Source of the DNA: Nageia nagi
Lineage: Eukaryota; Plantae; Pinophyta
Reading direction: 5' to 3'
Length of the DNA: 64,000 bases
Assembly: GCA_050084985.1 (NCBI GenBank)
Contig: JBITNC010000001.1
Span: forward strand, 20,212,001 to 20,276,000
Shown here: one piece after another, positions 48,601-63,100 of the stretch
Position numbering within the stretch: the first letter of the stretch is position 1
How the letters are laid out: every line of letters begins with the position of its first letter
The notes under the pieces: model-generated
The model's input: only the letters and a program-made list of their open reading frames with translations
What the model was told of the DNA's origin: nothing
Database searches by the model: none
Program-made: the position numbers and the translations under genes

Positions 48601-51600
48601 TGAATTTCAAGGCTATTTGAGAATACCATCTAGTTTTCATCACCCTCATAGTAAGAAGATATGATGAAATGATTAGAGGAGGTGATGGTTTGTTAATTTT
48701 GTATGGTGGGTAGCTGTGATGATGTATTATTCTTGTTCTACATATATGTGAGCTTTTTATTTTTGGCTCCTTATAATATAACTCCTACAATTAATTTTTT
48801 CCTTTGTATACTCCCCAACTTAATAAAAATTTTATGTGGAATATGTGGGTAATTGTATAAAGAAGCATCCAATAAAAAAATATTTTTAATTCTCTACTAT
48901 AACTAATCTATGCTACTATAATACAAGTTTGCTTCTATGTTACTTATGTATATTTATTCAATTTTAGCATCTTATTGTGTATTAGATTTCTTTAGTCTTT
49001 GGCTATTTACAAAACCAAGCTAAATATTTCCATCTAGCATTCATAGTTGTATGGTTCCTTCCCTAAATTCTTAATTTCCCAAGATGGTGTTTATACTTAC
49101 TATCATATAAAAGAACTTGATCGCTAATTCTAAAATTTTTATTTTTTATATGTCTATCATGCTATTCTTTCTATCTATTCTTTTCCATAATTTTGTTATA
49201 CATTGTTATTCATTAATTCTCATCTAATTATTTGAGAGTGTATAGTCATTCCTATAATAACCAATTTTTATCAAGTCTAGTTACTAGTGTGATTTGTAGT
49301 GATGGGACTTAGAATTCCATAGTTACTATTGCTTTGATTCTATAGACTAAATCAAATGGTCTTTTTCTTATTTAGTCTTTTTTAGGCTATTTGGTATGCC
49401 CAAAGTATTGCTTGCAACATTTCCTCCCAATCTAATTATTCGATTGAAATAATTTTTATCAATGTTCTCTCAAGGATTTTGTTCACTACTTTAATGGCTC
49501 CATTTTATTGTGGGTAATATGAGAGCTTTGATTATGCTAAATCATAAAATTTTCAATAGTTCATTAATAGTATGATTTATGAAATATTTTCCTTGGTCAC
49601 TAATGATGTCTTTTGGAACTTAAATCTTGTAATTATATTTTCATATATAAATTTTGCTACTATTAATGCTATGCAATCTTTCATGGTTTCTGCTTCTACC
49701 CATCAAGTTAGGTATTCTACTTTAACAATAACATATATTTCCCCTAACTTCCATGTTAAAGGTGATATTATATTGATGAAATCGATCATCCATTTTTGGA
49801 ATGGTTGTATGGGTTATACAAGTTGTAGTAGGAGTTCATCATGGGTGAACGATCAATCAATTCTTTGATAAATATCATAAAATTTAGCATACAAGTGTGC
49901 ATTATGGTGGAGAGTTAGTTGCAATAGCCCTTCTTGTAGTACTTTCTTATTTGTTAGATCTCTCCCAAAATGTCCACCAAAAATTCCATGTGTGGTTCAC
50001 TAAGAATATCATCTCTGTTGTGTGGGAGGGTTGCTCATTGAATTACTTCATCCATAACTATTTTATAAAATTCCCCCAATATGAGATTGTATTGCTTACT
50101 TTAATAAACAACTTCCTTTATTCTGATGGAGATAATACCTTAGGAAATTGTCTTGATGTAAAAAATGTTGCTATTTTGACTACATCATCTGGAACTACTT
50201 CAATTCAAAATAAATGAGCTCTTGTAAGGTCATAATCTAGTTTTGATTTTTCACCATTATCAACTCTAGATAACATATCATGGACAACATTTAAGTTGCT
50301 TAGTTTTACAACTACTTTGAATGTGAACTCATAGAATAGGAACAACCATGAAAACATTCTTCCTTGGATAACTGGTTTGTTAAGGAGGTATCTTAGAGCC
50401 TCATGATCTATGAAGAAGATAAATATTATTGCTAATAGATAGTGATCAAACTTTTGAAGAGTGTATACCATGGCTAATGCTTCCTATTAGGTGATAGTAT
50501 CATTCTTTTCTGCATCTACCATTTTTTGATAGACAAAGTAGATTGAGTGATTGATATTATCTTTCCTAGGTTGTGCTAATATGGCTCCAATTTCTTGAAT
50601 GCTTGCATATATGTGTACATGAAACTCATTAGTCCAATCAAGGAATATTAGTAATGGGACCTTAGATATCTTAGGTTTCAACATATCAAAATTCTCTTGA
50701 GATTGTTTTAACCAAAAACATTATTGATTTTTCTTTGTTAAGTCAACAATCAGAGTGCTAAAGTGGTATAATTTTTGATAAATTTTCTATAATAGCCTAT
50801 CAATCCTAAAACATTCTAACTTCATTAACTATTTCTATTAGGGGTATATTTATCAAGATTATTATTTTTTCTGGTTCTACCATCAATTCTTCTTTGCAAG
50901 TTATATATCCTAACAGTACCCTGTATGGTGTAGCAAAGAGATATTTTTTTATATTAAGTAATATTTGAAGCTATATACATCATTCAAACATTAATATCAA
51001 TTCTTAGACATGGTTTTTCATTAGGCCATATACTATCCAATCATCTAGATAAACCTCTTGGAATTTATGGATAAAGTCTTTGAAAGATTGGATCATAATA
51101 CGAGAGAAAATGGTTAAAGCATTCTTAAATCCAAATGGCATTATGTTATACATGAATGACCCCCACTCAATTATAAATTTTATTTTCATTCAATCTTCTT
51201 TTACAATTTGGACTTGGTGATATCTAGACAATCTATTGGTAAAGAAATATACTTCTTTGTCAGCTACGTTCTCTAGATTTTTCTCAATGAATGGGATGGG
51301 AAATGGGTCATGTTTGCATGCTTTATTGAGTTCCTAAAAATCTACACAAATTCTCAACTCACTTATCTTTTTATGTTGGATTACCATAGGGCTAATCCAT
51401 TCAGTATTATCTACAAGTGATATAATGCCTTCTTCTAACATTAGATCTAAGGTCTCTTTTACTTGTGTTTTGTAATTTGGGTTCAATCGATATGTTCTTT
51501 GTTTTCTAGGTTTATAGTATGACTTTAATCATATTTGCATAGTTCCAATATCTTCATTCATTCCCTGTAGTTCTATCATATTACATGGGAAGAGATATTG

Positions 51601-54600
51601 ATATTCAACTAATATTTTGGTGATTTTATTTACTTCAACTTTTGTCTAGTAATTACTTATGATAGCCATTTTTGGTTCTATTTCTATCCCAATATTCAAT
51701 ATCATAATTTTGATCTCTTCATCATATTTAGACTTCATGTGTTTTTCTATGATCACTTCTCTTTAACCTTTCTCTATGTTGTATTTAAGATTCTTTAATT
51801 TCTCATCTGGTTCCTTTGGATCCATTTATCTTAGAATTTTAGTAGTAGTTTTGACCATTTATAAGGAATGTATGGTTATTTGTGTTACTATAGGTTGGGC
51901 CATTTTGGAATAGGTTACTCTTATGGTAGTTGGTTTGTTAAGTAGGAATATTTTTATTTGTAATAAAATTTTGTGTATTAAGCTATGGTCATCATGAAAT
52001 TGAGACATGTTAATGGAGGTTGCTTGCATCATATCCCAATTAGCCATTTCTCTTCAAAGTTCTTGGTGTATATACCATACTTGTGGTACCATGCCTAATG
52101 TATAATGGAATATATGTACCCAAATGTTAGGTTGAAGATTGATTAAGTTTTTCAAATTGACACATAGAGTGTGATATATTTTATTGTATCGATATCACCT
52201 AAATATTTATTGATAATATTTATAATTAGATGTAGAGTAATAAAACATAATGATATGTGGTATATTACCTTATCCCATGTTTGTAGGTTCTATCAATGTG
52301 TGCTCCACCATCTTGTAGCTATCCTGATAAGGGTATCTTCAAGTGTGTTAATTTTATCATCTTTGTTAGGAAAATTACTAACCATAGCTTTTGGAAATTC
52401 ATGTAAAGGAACCATCTTTAGTGTGTCATATAACTTTGGCATTTTTTCTTGACATACTTCTTTTGAAACTCTACATACCTTATGTCCTAACATACTTTGG
52501 CATGCTATTTTTAAATATAATTCATGGTTACCTACATTCCACATCATTATAGTAGTGTTAAAATTGGTCTCAAAGAAATCAATATGGAAAGTAAACTATC
52601 CATTATCTATGAGGTTAATATAGTCCTAGAATCCATTCAATTCTTTTCTTGCAATCCAAGAATATAGATCATTTAGGCCCATAGTATCTCTCCCATCACT
52701 GCATTTATTATGGAATATACACCTCATAGTCATTGTTATATAAGATCAACTCTTGGGTTTTATTGTTTATGATTACATTAATATCTATGGACCATTCTAA
52801 ATCTAGTAGAGTGGTGTATTCTAAATTTTCTATATCCACCATGTGGATTACGTTGAATGTGGATAGAGAGGTGATTCCTAAAAAGGAAACTGATATATCA
52901 CGTACCAATCCTAGCAATCAAACTAAAGATCCATTGGCTAGTAAAATGTTATATTAGGCTATCTCTAAAGGAGGACACCCTAGTTGTTTCCATGTCCTAA
53001 TTAGTAAGTGGTTTATAACATCCCTAGATATAGCATGACATTATTTGCAAGTTTACCATTCATTACCACTTAAAACAAAATGAGATTTTTATTCTAGTTT
53101 TTCAATGCTTTCCATACTCATTTTTTGATGTGTTTCTTATTCTAATACTTGGATATTTGTATGAGTTTTGGTAGGAGATCTTCTTGATTAATAATTTTAT
53201 AGAACTTCTTTAGTAGAATATTTTCTACTTCTATTAATTGTTGTGAGGATGATTATGGTTGTGTTAATTGGTAACCCTAATTTTGTAATGTTTTGATGAT
53301 TTATTGAGTGGTTTAGATGATATCATAATGTTTAGGATCCAAACACTTTCATTCTAGGATAATTTATTAGATAACTAGTTTGGTGAAACCTATTTTCTTT
53401 TCTCCTAACCTAGTTATTATACATGTCTATGGTGCATCTAAATTATTTTACCCTCTTAGAATTGGAGTTGATAGTAATATATTATCTAAAGAATTTATTT
53501 TAGCTAAGGCAACTCTAGAATTAGTAATGAATGGTACTCATCAAGTAGCTTTTACATTCTATTTATTTTTATTATATGATTTTGACATCCTAGCCAGTAT
53601 ATTCTAAAATAATTAGGGCAATATGTGAAACTATGATAGTTCAACATTTAAATAAATTGACACCTTAAAAATAATTTGGGATAAGAATAGTCATATTAAC
53701 AATTGGAAAAATTACCATTGTTAAAGCATTGGGGTTGTTGACCACCTCTACCACCCTAATATCCTCCCCTATATCTTCCTCCTCTACCACATACACCTCC
53801 TTGGTTATCATAATGGTCATTTAATGCATTATATTATTCTCATGGTTATTGTTGTTGGAAAAAAGTGACAAAGGGAATATATGTAATTTCTAACTCATCC
53901 ATAAATGATGTTGGTGTTTGTTTGATGGTTTTGAACTTCATTGCTTGGTATTGTTGAGCTACAGAGGCTTGTGGGTTCCTTCAAAAGTATTATTTGATGT
54001 CATATAAAAATTCCTTGGCTCGACATTGATGAATCCAATGATTCTAGGATCCACAAGTTTGAAAACTCATATATCCATCTATATCATGATTTTGGAAACT
54101 AATTACTAGGTAATCTTTAGTATTATGGGTACCTAAAATTTGATAATGTTGATAATATTTCTAGTCAAATTTTTAAAGTATGGGGTACTCATTTGCTAAA
54201 TGTCCCTTTGGTACAAAGTTGACACTAAATTTCTCTACATTGGGAAGGCATTATAGAGTTTTCTTAAGTTAATAATTTATTTATATATTCCATTAATTTT
54301 ATTAGTTGATTGGAAAAATCATCATTAACATTATTTACTTTCCATGGTTAGCATTCAATATCGAATTCTACCTGAAGAGCATTGATATATGTTGGGTAAA
54401 TTTTCTCCATGGCTCTTTTAAACTCTATTCATAACCTAGAGATGAACCATTCTACTTTATATTTTTTGGACATTGGTTCTTAGAGTTTTCTTTGAGTAAC
54501 TTTAAATGTTTTATCATATTCTTATACATTTTCCCTAGGTCCTATGATTAAATTATATATTTTACTTACACTTTCAAGTTCTACCTCCGAAAAATGATAT

Positions 54601-56937
54601 TCAAATTCAAAAGTTGCTTTCATTTTGTTCCATATTTTTTTTGTTTGTCCTTGGGATGATTTATAAATCTTATATAATATTTTAATACTTCATCACATAG
54701 TATGGCTGCAAATTCACTAATGAATGTACCTTCACCTATAAGATATCATCTTATCTAATCATTTTCTTCTATAAATAAGTATTATTTTGCATCATGGGTG
54801 TCTTTTTCAAAAATAGGTAGTTTAGTAGAGGTAGCCATTTGTTGTTAACTATGTTGTTGGGATCAAGGGTTTTGCTATCTCAGTTAGCTAGGTTGAGGGT
54901 TCAATATTGTCTATTGATGATGTCTATTATATTTACTAGGTTGATTACTTTGTAGTTGTATATCAAAATAGTTTTCACCTATAAATTTGAATATATCCTA
55001 AAATGGTGGTTCTATTACTTCCTCTATAATGGTTCAAAGGGTAGGGAGAAATTATGGGAAAATAAGTATTTTGTCTATCATGTCTTCCTATTCATTGAGT
55101 TAGTAAAGGTCATATTATTATCTATTTTGGGGGTAAAGGGTATAATTACTCATTCTATATTTTTTAGGGTTGACTCACTTGCTTGTTGTTTGGTGGTATT
55201 CTTTGATATTGATCGATAAGGGACATATGTGAGAACAATATTGATAAATCAAAAGTGAGAGATTGTTTTACTCTCCTAATACATTAGGAAGTAGCATTGG
55301 TTAACTGAGATAATATTTCTCTTCTTTGATCTTCTTATTGTTGAGATATAGGTTTAACGATTTCTAGTTCTTGGTTTTTAGTCTATGTTTCTGTAGGTTC
55401 CTCTATTTCATCTTTTTGCTATGAGGTCTTTAATATCCCTATTTGTGATTTCATTTGTTTGGTCAATAAGAGGTTAAATCATGTTATATAAAATACTATA
55501 AAATTGATTTGAAAGGAGTACTCCTTCCAAAATCTTGGGTGAACATATGAACAACCTAAATGAGTTATCATTGTACTCATTTTTATATTTCCCTACAATT
55601 ATAAATCCTTCTATGGTATTGTCTCCCTCAATGTTTGCCATTATATTCATTGGTGGTATTATTTTAGTTAGTATGTACTTAGTGTTATCCTAGTTCTTCA
55701 CCAATTCAAGGTCTATCATTCCTTCTTCGATATGTCACCTACATTCCATGTAGACATGTACTACTTTATGAACTTCCATTGTATCCTCTTTAGAATTTGG
55801 TCCTAATAGTGACCTAAATTCTCTATTTCTATCTATATTTATTTGCAACTTATTCCTTTCTTTTTCCTTTCATTATTTCTCCCATAATTTATTTTCATAA
55901 AGTCTTCTTATTGTATACAAACATATGTTTGAACTGGTTACCTCTTCTTTTTTCATCATTGTGTGCTTCTCTCTTTTATGAATGTTACTATTCATATTTT
56001 GATCGTATATTTCTTTATATAAATTCTACTTTCAAACCATTATATCCTTTTCGTTTGTACCTTTACTTACCCTATGCCGATTAGTTATTTTTCATTCCTT
56101 GATATTCATCTACCTGGGTGCTTGCCCCCTATAAGTGGGGAGAGTTTCAAGGTACCATTGCAAATTAGATATCATTGTAGATTTTGTAGAAGGTTTTATT
56201 AAAATATTATTTAGGTCCCTAAAAATCTTTCGTACCTGCTTCCTGACACCCATCATAATGCAATTTAATTGGTGTAAGTATCTAAGGTATATGTACCCAC
56301 TTATCAATTTTATGTCCAAGTTGGTTCAGTTTTTGTTGTATAATTTCCTATCTACCTGATTTCTAAAATAAAAAAAATGTTAAATTCTTTTGTGTGTTAT
56401 CACTCAAGAATACATATGAAATTCACATAAAAAGTCTCTAGCTCCATCTATATGAATCAATTATAATTTAGTTTAACTATATCTATCCATAAAATTATCC
56501 ACTCCCTAAGCTTATTTAGTTCGTTGAAAACCCACTCTGATGGATTCATTGAAAGAAAAATGTACTTGCTTACTATCACTTACATTTCACAACATGAATC
56601 TTTTTATAGAATGTCCTATAATAGAACTTTTGATTGATAGGATCGATCATTAGGTTCTTATCATAATAAGAATCAATGGAAAATGGAGAGAATAACAAAA
56701 ATCAAATAAAATATTGAATATAAGAATAGAGGATTAGTCTTCTTATATAAAAGATCAGTTACAATGATAATATGTAATAAAAAATATCACTCTCTCTATC
56801 TTCTATATTCCTTTTCTCTTTATATGGGTTCCATTATATGGACTATGAGTAATCCTTCAATTAGAGACAAACTATAGTTTTTAATCATTAACTACTAGTA
56901 TGGTCGATTGATTTAATATAAATTCTCTTTTTTAACA
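42697..56937 (-). mobile_element. Full-length but decayed 14.2-kb non-chromovirus Ty3/gypsy element with both LTRs and a 5-bp TSD
   Basis: LTRs at ~42697-43037 and ~56628-56937 align. TSD CTCTA at 42692-42696 and 56938-56942; PPT at 43038-43050. PR ~52700-53090; RT EWGSFMYNIMPFGFKNA...EVYLDDW (51004-51189); RH 50205-50684; INT ~48950-50150. Confidence 0.92.
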
Positions 56938-57999
56938 CTCTACTATTGTCATGCATACTGGACTAAGAGGTTCTAGATATATTATGCTAAATGTAGCCAA
57001 TACTTAGTTTGGGTAGACATTTGTGCTATCTCAACTAGTAGATTTTAGTCTAGTAGGAGTATGAGTCAAGATGCTTTTGTCAGGGTTCATGTGGGGAACT
57101 AGTTGTACTTAACATATACAAGTACTCTTTTGGTACACACAATTTTTATGTGTTATGGCTTGCATGTATATTATTTTAGTTTATTTTATTTGTAAAATAA
57201 ATTTGATTAATTTTAAAAAGGAACAAATTAATAAGAAAATAACAAAATCCTTTAAATATATTAATGAGTAAAGTAAATAAATAATTTAATGAAAAACCTT
57301 ATTTTTGACAATGAAACACACTTGGATTTTTAGAAACAAAAACATTCATGCATAAAATAACTAGAATGAAGTAGCAATGCTATAATCCAATAGAAACTCT
57401 ATAGTATGGAAGGAGAAATCAAAGCAAGAAGGAACAATAATATTTAGACTAGCCTTATTAGGAGAAAAAGAGGCCTAGAATCTAACGAATAGAAGAATAG
57501 GAAGGATATACAAATTAGGTCTTCACTCACAAAATTAATTAATATTTTTCAAGCAATTTAGAATTTTGATAAACATACACAATATTTACTAGTGAAACCA
57601 CACATTTTAAAGTATAAATACAAAAGTTTATATTTTTCATGACTAAGAATGGAGCAATGAGGCTAGACTCTAGTACCATTGCTTGATTTGGAAAAGAGAG
57701 GACATATAATTTTAAATAAACCATTTTATATTTACATAAAATGATGAAAAATAAAATTAAAAATAAAAAATAAAAGAAAATGATTTATGGAATAGCCCAA
57801 ACACCATCATCATCAAGGATTATACCTATAACCAAATGTGGTTGTAGTTGCTATTGTGGTTATGGTTGAGGTATACTCACATTATTGGTCTAAAAATTAT
57901 TTTCATCATCATCAAATTTACCTTATTGAATTATAGAAATGGATTGTTGAAAATCCTTAGCCTTTGATTTTGGGGATGTACTGGTCCATCTTGTATTAC

Positions 58000-59500
58000 T
58001 TTAACCTTATTTTGCTACAAAATGTCATCTAAAATTCATGGTAAAAATTAAACTTACCTTTATCATGTAATTCCTTGATTATATTTTTCAAATAATAATA
58101 TTATTTTGTTAAATGAATTGCTCATTTATGAAAATTATAAAAGAGGTGTTCTTGAAGCCCAAAGGTTTAATTTAGGAGGGATCTTTCATTGGTGGATAAC
58201 AAACTAAGTTTATAGGATATAGAGCATATAATACCTCACTAATATCCTCACAAAATTAAGTATATTATATATGCAACCTCCTAGGTTTTCTAACTTTGAT
58301 ATCATCATGGCTGACTCTAGCAATCATTATGGCTTTAGGCTTAGTTTGGTGTTGTTTCTTTCTAGGTTGATTGGAAAATATAGGCATTAGGAAAAATATT
58401 TGCTTCATGTGGGCTAAAGGTTTATTGAAGGCCTTATGATAATATTTTTGCTAATCATCTCTATCTATTAACTTTTCATAATGATAGTCCTAAAAATTGT
58501 AAAAGTCACATCGAAAGGATGGTAACATAATTCAAAAAAGGATATGCTTCTTTTTTTTAGTAGGGATTTGGGCTTGATTAGAAACTTTGGACTACTCAAC
58601 AATGAAATCACTAATAAGTTAGCCTTGCTTTTATTTCAAGCTATAGATGTCTAAGAGAGATGGTTCTTAAGTTACAAATAAGTTATAACAATCTAGAAAT
58701 ATGTTAAAAATATCATCAAAATATGTAATATTTTCATCAAGTAAATTAGTAAACCATAAGAATGATTCAAATTTTAAACTAAAAGTAAATAGTTTAGTTA
58801 GTAAATCATCATCATTTGAATCATCATCATTTTCAAATGAAATAGCTTCTAAGTGATATCTTTGTAAATGTAATCTAGGATCAAAATGACCATCAAACAT
58901 GGTAAATGTTATCTATTTTTCATATATTTTTCATATATGTGATAGTAAAAGGGATTCTCACTTCCTCTTAAAATCATGGGTGCAAATTTATTGATGCAAG
59001 CTATAATAGAATATTTTTGTTACTTTAACTATAGCAACTTTTGAAGTGCATCATCTAGAGTGACTTTCTATGATGGTATGACAATATCATTATTTTTTTC
59101 CTTAGCTAATCTTGAAAATAAACCAAAATATCAAATATTTTCTTTCTCTAGAGTTTTTACCAGATTATTTACAATCTTCATTTTGTATTTAGGTGCAATG
59201 GCTCTGAAGTTCATATTGAGTTTTAGGAAAGTTAATTCTTTCTTTAAGATTGAAAATTATTCATCTAACCAAATTGATATACTCTTCATACCAAATACTA
59301 TTGCTAAATTAGGCTCATCCATCCAATATTAAGGAATTACTAGTCTTTAAGATGCCTCATCTTGTGAAATATCAACCAAGTCTTCTTCATCAATATTATC
59401 CTCCAATTATTCATCACACTCTCTGAATACTTGTTGAAGGATGAGACATGAGATGAAAGCTCTTTTGGATAAGATTTTGATTAGGAAATGGAATTATGAT
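58000..59500 (-). mobile_element. gag remnant related to that of the 16256-22554 element
   Basis: MFDGHFDPRLHLQRY...LLTKLFTFSLKFESFLWF (58667-58900) parallels FDGLQDPKMHVRKF...LAKLFSSSLKDDAL. Boundaries are approximate. Confidence 0.7.
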
Positions 59501-59544
59501 GCTAGGTTCAACAACATCTCTAGGGTTTTGTTGATTATTAATGG

Positions 59545-60145
59545 TGTAGATTAAAAATAATGCATAAGTAATAAAACAAAGTACTACTTTATCACAATAT
59601 AATATTGAATCATATATTAGAGATATGACATCATTATGAACATGATAAATAAGGTACTTTGATTAGTTCTACATCCAAATGAATTAATAAGAAGCATACA
59701 TTAATTGCAATAATATACCATAATAAGTGAACACTACTAATGACCTAGGAGCACGATGTTTGCACTACAAAAAATGTAGATCCATAAGTACAAACTAGAA
59801 TGTGAAAAAGAAAGACAAAGGGTGTAGCAATGGTATTGCATATCTTTGGTTATGGACCCCTCTAATTCCATTGCATATCTTTGGTTATGTACCCCTTTGA
59901 TACCATTGTGTTACTTTTGATATTCTTTTATACCAACATTTTGATCCTCTTTAATTTTTGGAATCATTCCTATTTACATTTTTTATGGTGTCTCTCTTGA
60001 TTTTTGGTACCTATTACATTATACAATGTTACATTACATTGATTATATTTCCTTGTGTATATTTTAACCCTATTTATAATAAATATTCCTTGGTGATATA
60101 AAATGAATTATTTAATCTAAGGAAATTTATTTTTAAATGTCTACA
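59545..60145 (-). repeat. LTR (left end at 59545 or 59775)
   Basis: Minus-strand start TGTAGACAT at 60145 follows PPT caaagagaggaaaaa. Candidate ends (tctaca) at 59775 and 59545; the latter gives 601 bp, like LTR 1876-2477. Internal 35-bp duplication at ~59835-59905. Confidence 0.65.
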
Positions 60146-63100
60146 TTTTTCCTCTCTTTGGAGGTGTGATTGAAGAAATGAGATTACATATCCAAAAAAG
60201 AAGTATATAAGAATATTTTAAACTCTCCATCCAACATTACCATTTGATGATGATGATGGTGCTTTCCTATCCCCTTTTGGCTTAGTTTCCCCAAGAAAGC
60301 TCTTTGAGTGGTGTAGCTAAGAGAAAACTTGAAGAATTGCATCCTTTTGCCACTTACATTGTCCAACCATGAATATGGTCATCCCTTCATTTTTGATTCT
60401 CAAGAATTTGATGCTCTTACATCCATGCCTTGATATAGAAGTGGTATATCAATTCTAGCTCTCAATTATTTGATATGCACACTACTGATGGCATGTAATT
60501 AGTTTAATATTGTTAATAATATGATTTCTACTTCAAATGATTTCTTTCTTTTGATGTAGGTACCTACAAAATTTGTTAGATATACTTTGTATAAAAATAT
60601 TATAGGTACATAGTGAGTTGCATCATTCATTGATGATGAGTCCATGCTATCAATCTACTTAGAACTACATTACTAGTTTAACTTTTAAGTGAGTGAACTC
60701 TCACTAGCCATATCTATAACCATTAATGACCTAGTGTTTTTATGTCCATGGTCCATAGATATTATACTATCTTTTTATTTTTCATTTTTTATTTATTTTT
60801 TCATCTTGATTATGGTGTAAAAATAGTAATACACACCATTAATAGCATCTTAATAATCAAATAAATTATAGAAATCAGAAATAGAATAAAAAATACATGT
60901 ACCTTACGTATGATATTTTGTAAGGTACAGATCTTCCATTTTATGCAAAGAAGCATTTAAGATGCATTTCATTGAAGGTTTTTGGTTTTTCTCTACCATC
61001 CATAGATGATAACTTATAAGCTCCTAATCATGTTGCATCAATGATAACAAATGCACCTATCTAATTTTGTTCAAACCTTCCTTATGCTTCATCATTTTTA
61101 GCTATTTTATTGACCTTTTCTTTCAACACTAAGTATTCTATTTTGAATTTATTTGATTTAATCTTCTTTCCAAATTCCCTCTTTAGATTTTCATGATATG
61201 GATTTTGATGCTTAATTGCCCTAATTATGTTTTCATTGAGTGCTTCCAACTGTTGTAATCTTTCTTTCCTTACTTCATCATCTAATATATCTCCTTGTAG
61301 TGAAATTCTCATAGATGGTAGCTCCAAATTCGTAATTGTGATAATGAATTTGTGACCTTCACTTGAATATGAATTAATAATCCTAATAGAGTCTATTCCC
61401 AAAGTTGTAAATGGCCATGATGAAATTATGTAGTTCAACACTTGAGTTGGTTGTTTTTCTAAATTTGCATGTTTTTGATATTGTAAATAATTCCTAACAT
61501 GATTTTTGCAATACTCCTCCATTATAAGCCAATAGTAACCAATTCACAAAAGCTTAATGTATAATGTTTTTGAAAATAAGTTCCCTCCACACAACCCATC
61601 ATGTACTTGTTCTAATGTTGTTATTTCATGTTATGTTAGACATCTCAAAAGAGAACCATCAAATGACTTTTTATACAAAACTTCACCAATAATCATATAC
61701 TTTATAGGTTCCTTATTTAATCAAAATTTTTCATTTCTATCAAAAATTGATGGAACTATTTGATCTTTAAAATAATTGTAAATATTAACATACCATTATT
61801 CAGAATCATCTTCTTGATTAAGGTGGAATACATGTACTTTCTCTATGCGATCAAGGTAAGAAGGTGTACCAAGCTTTCTAATCATGAGGATAGTCTCTTC
61901 ATCTTCTATCTCAATTATTTCTAATAAAGCTACACATTCCATTGCATCTACATACTTATTATTAGTATTTCAAATATTTTTAATATTGTACCTATCAAAC
62001 TCATTAGGCAATTCAGCAAATATTATCTTATATGACTTCAAATTCTCATCTTTTATGTTATACATATCATTGAGTTGATTTACAACAAGCTATGAATCAC
62101 CATAGATATCTAAGTATTTTATTTATATATATATATTTTATTTCAAGCCCAAAATTAGAGCATCATATTATTCCATGTTATTAGTCCAATCAAAGCTAAG
62201 TTTATATTCCATAGAGATTACCTCATTGGAAGGTGACACTAGAATAATACCTACCCTTGCTCTGTAAGTACATTTTGATCAATCATAATACAAAGTATAA
62301 GCTATAGGTTTGTCCCCATATAGGACACAAACTAATCTAGGATTGTCATCTATTCACCATTATGCTATTGGCAAGGTTCAGATAGTGTTGCATAACATTG
62401 ATAATATGAGTCCTCATCATGTTCATTTGGGAATTCTTTATGCACCACTACACAATTGTTCTAGGGGAATTCTACTATCAAGTTTCTAAGTGCCTATCCT
62501 TTCATGGAATTTTGCTTTACCACATTGATATCAAACTATCTACCCTTCTTGATAAATGTTTCTTTGCTACAAGATATTTTAGTGGGTTAACTAGGCTAAC
62601 AACACATGTAGTGCAATATAAAAGATAATACCTTAGTTTTTCTATAGCAAAAATAATACCAAAGAAAATATTTTCCATGGGTGTGTATTTTTTTCATAAT
62701 CAATAAGAGTTTTGCTAAGATAATATATTTTCATTTATTTTTTTCATCATCTTTCTGACACAACATTGTCCCCAAGACATATAATGTGGTTGATATGTAA
62801 AGATGTAATTCTTGTTAAAAATCCATAGGTATTAAAATAGGGGGATTTAGCAAGTACTATTTTATGTCTTCAAATGCTTTTTGACACTTTTCATCCGACA
62901 TAAACTTAACATCCTTTTTCAATAAATGAGTAAATGGCCTTCATTTATCCCCAAGTTGAGAAATGAATCTTCTTACTAAATTTAGCTTCGCTTGAAGAGT
63001 TCTTAGTTGTTTGAGATTCTTTGGAGTTGGTATACTCACTATGAATTTTACCTTTTTAAGGTCCACCTCAATACCCCTTTTAAAGATCATAAAACTAATA

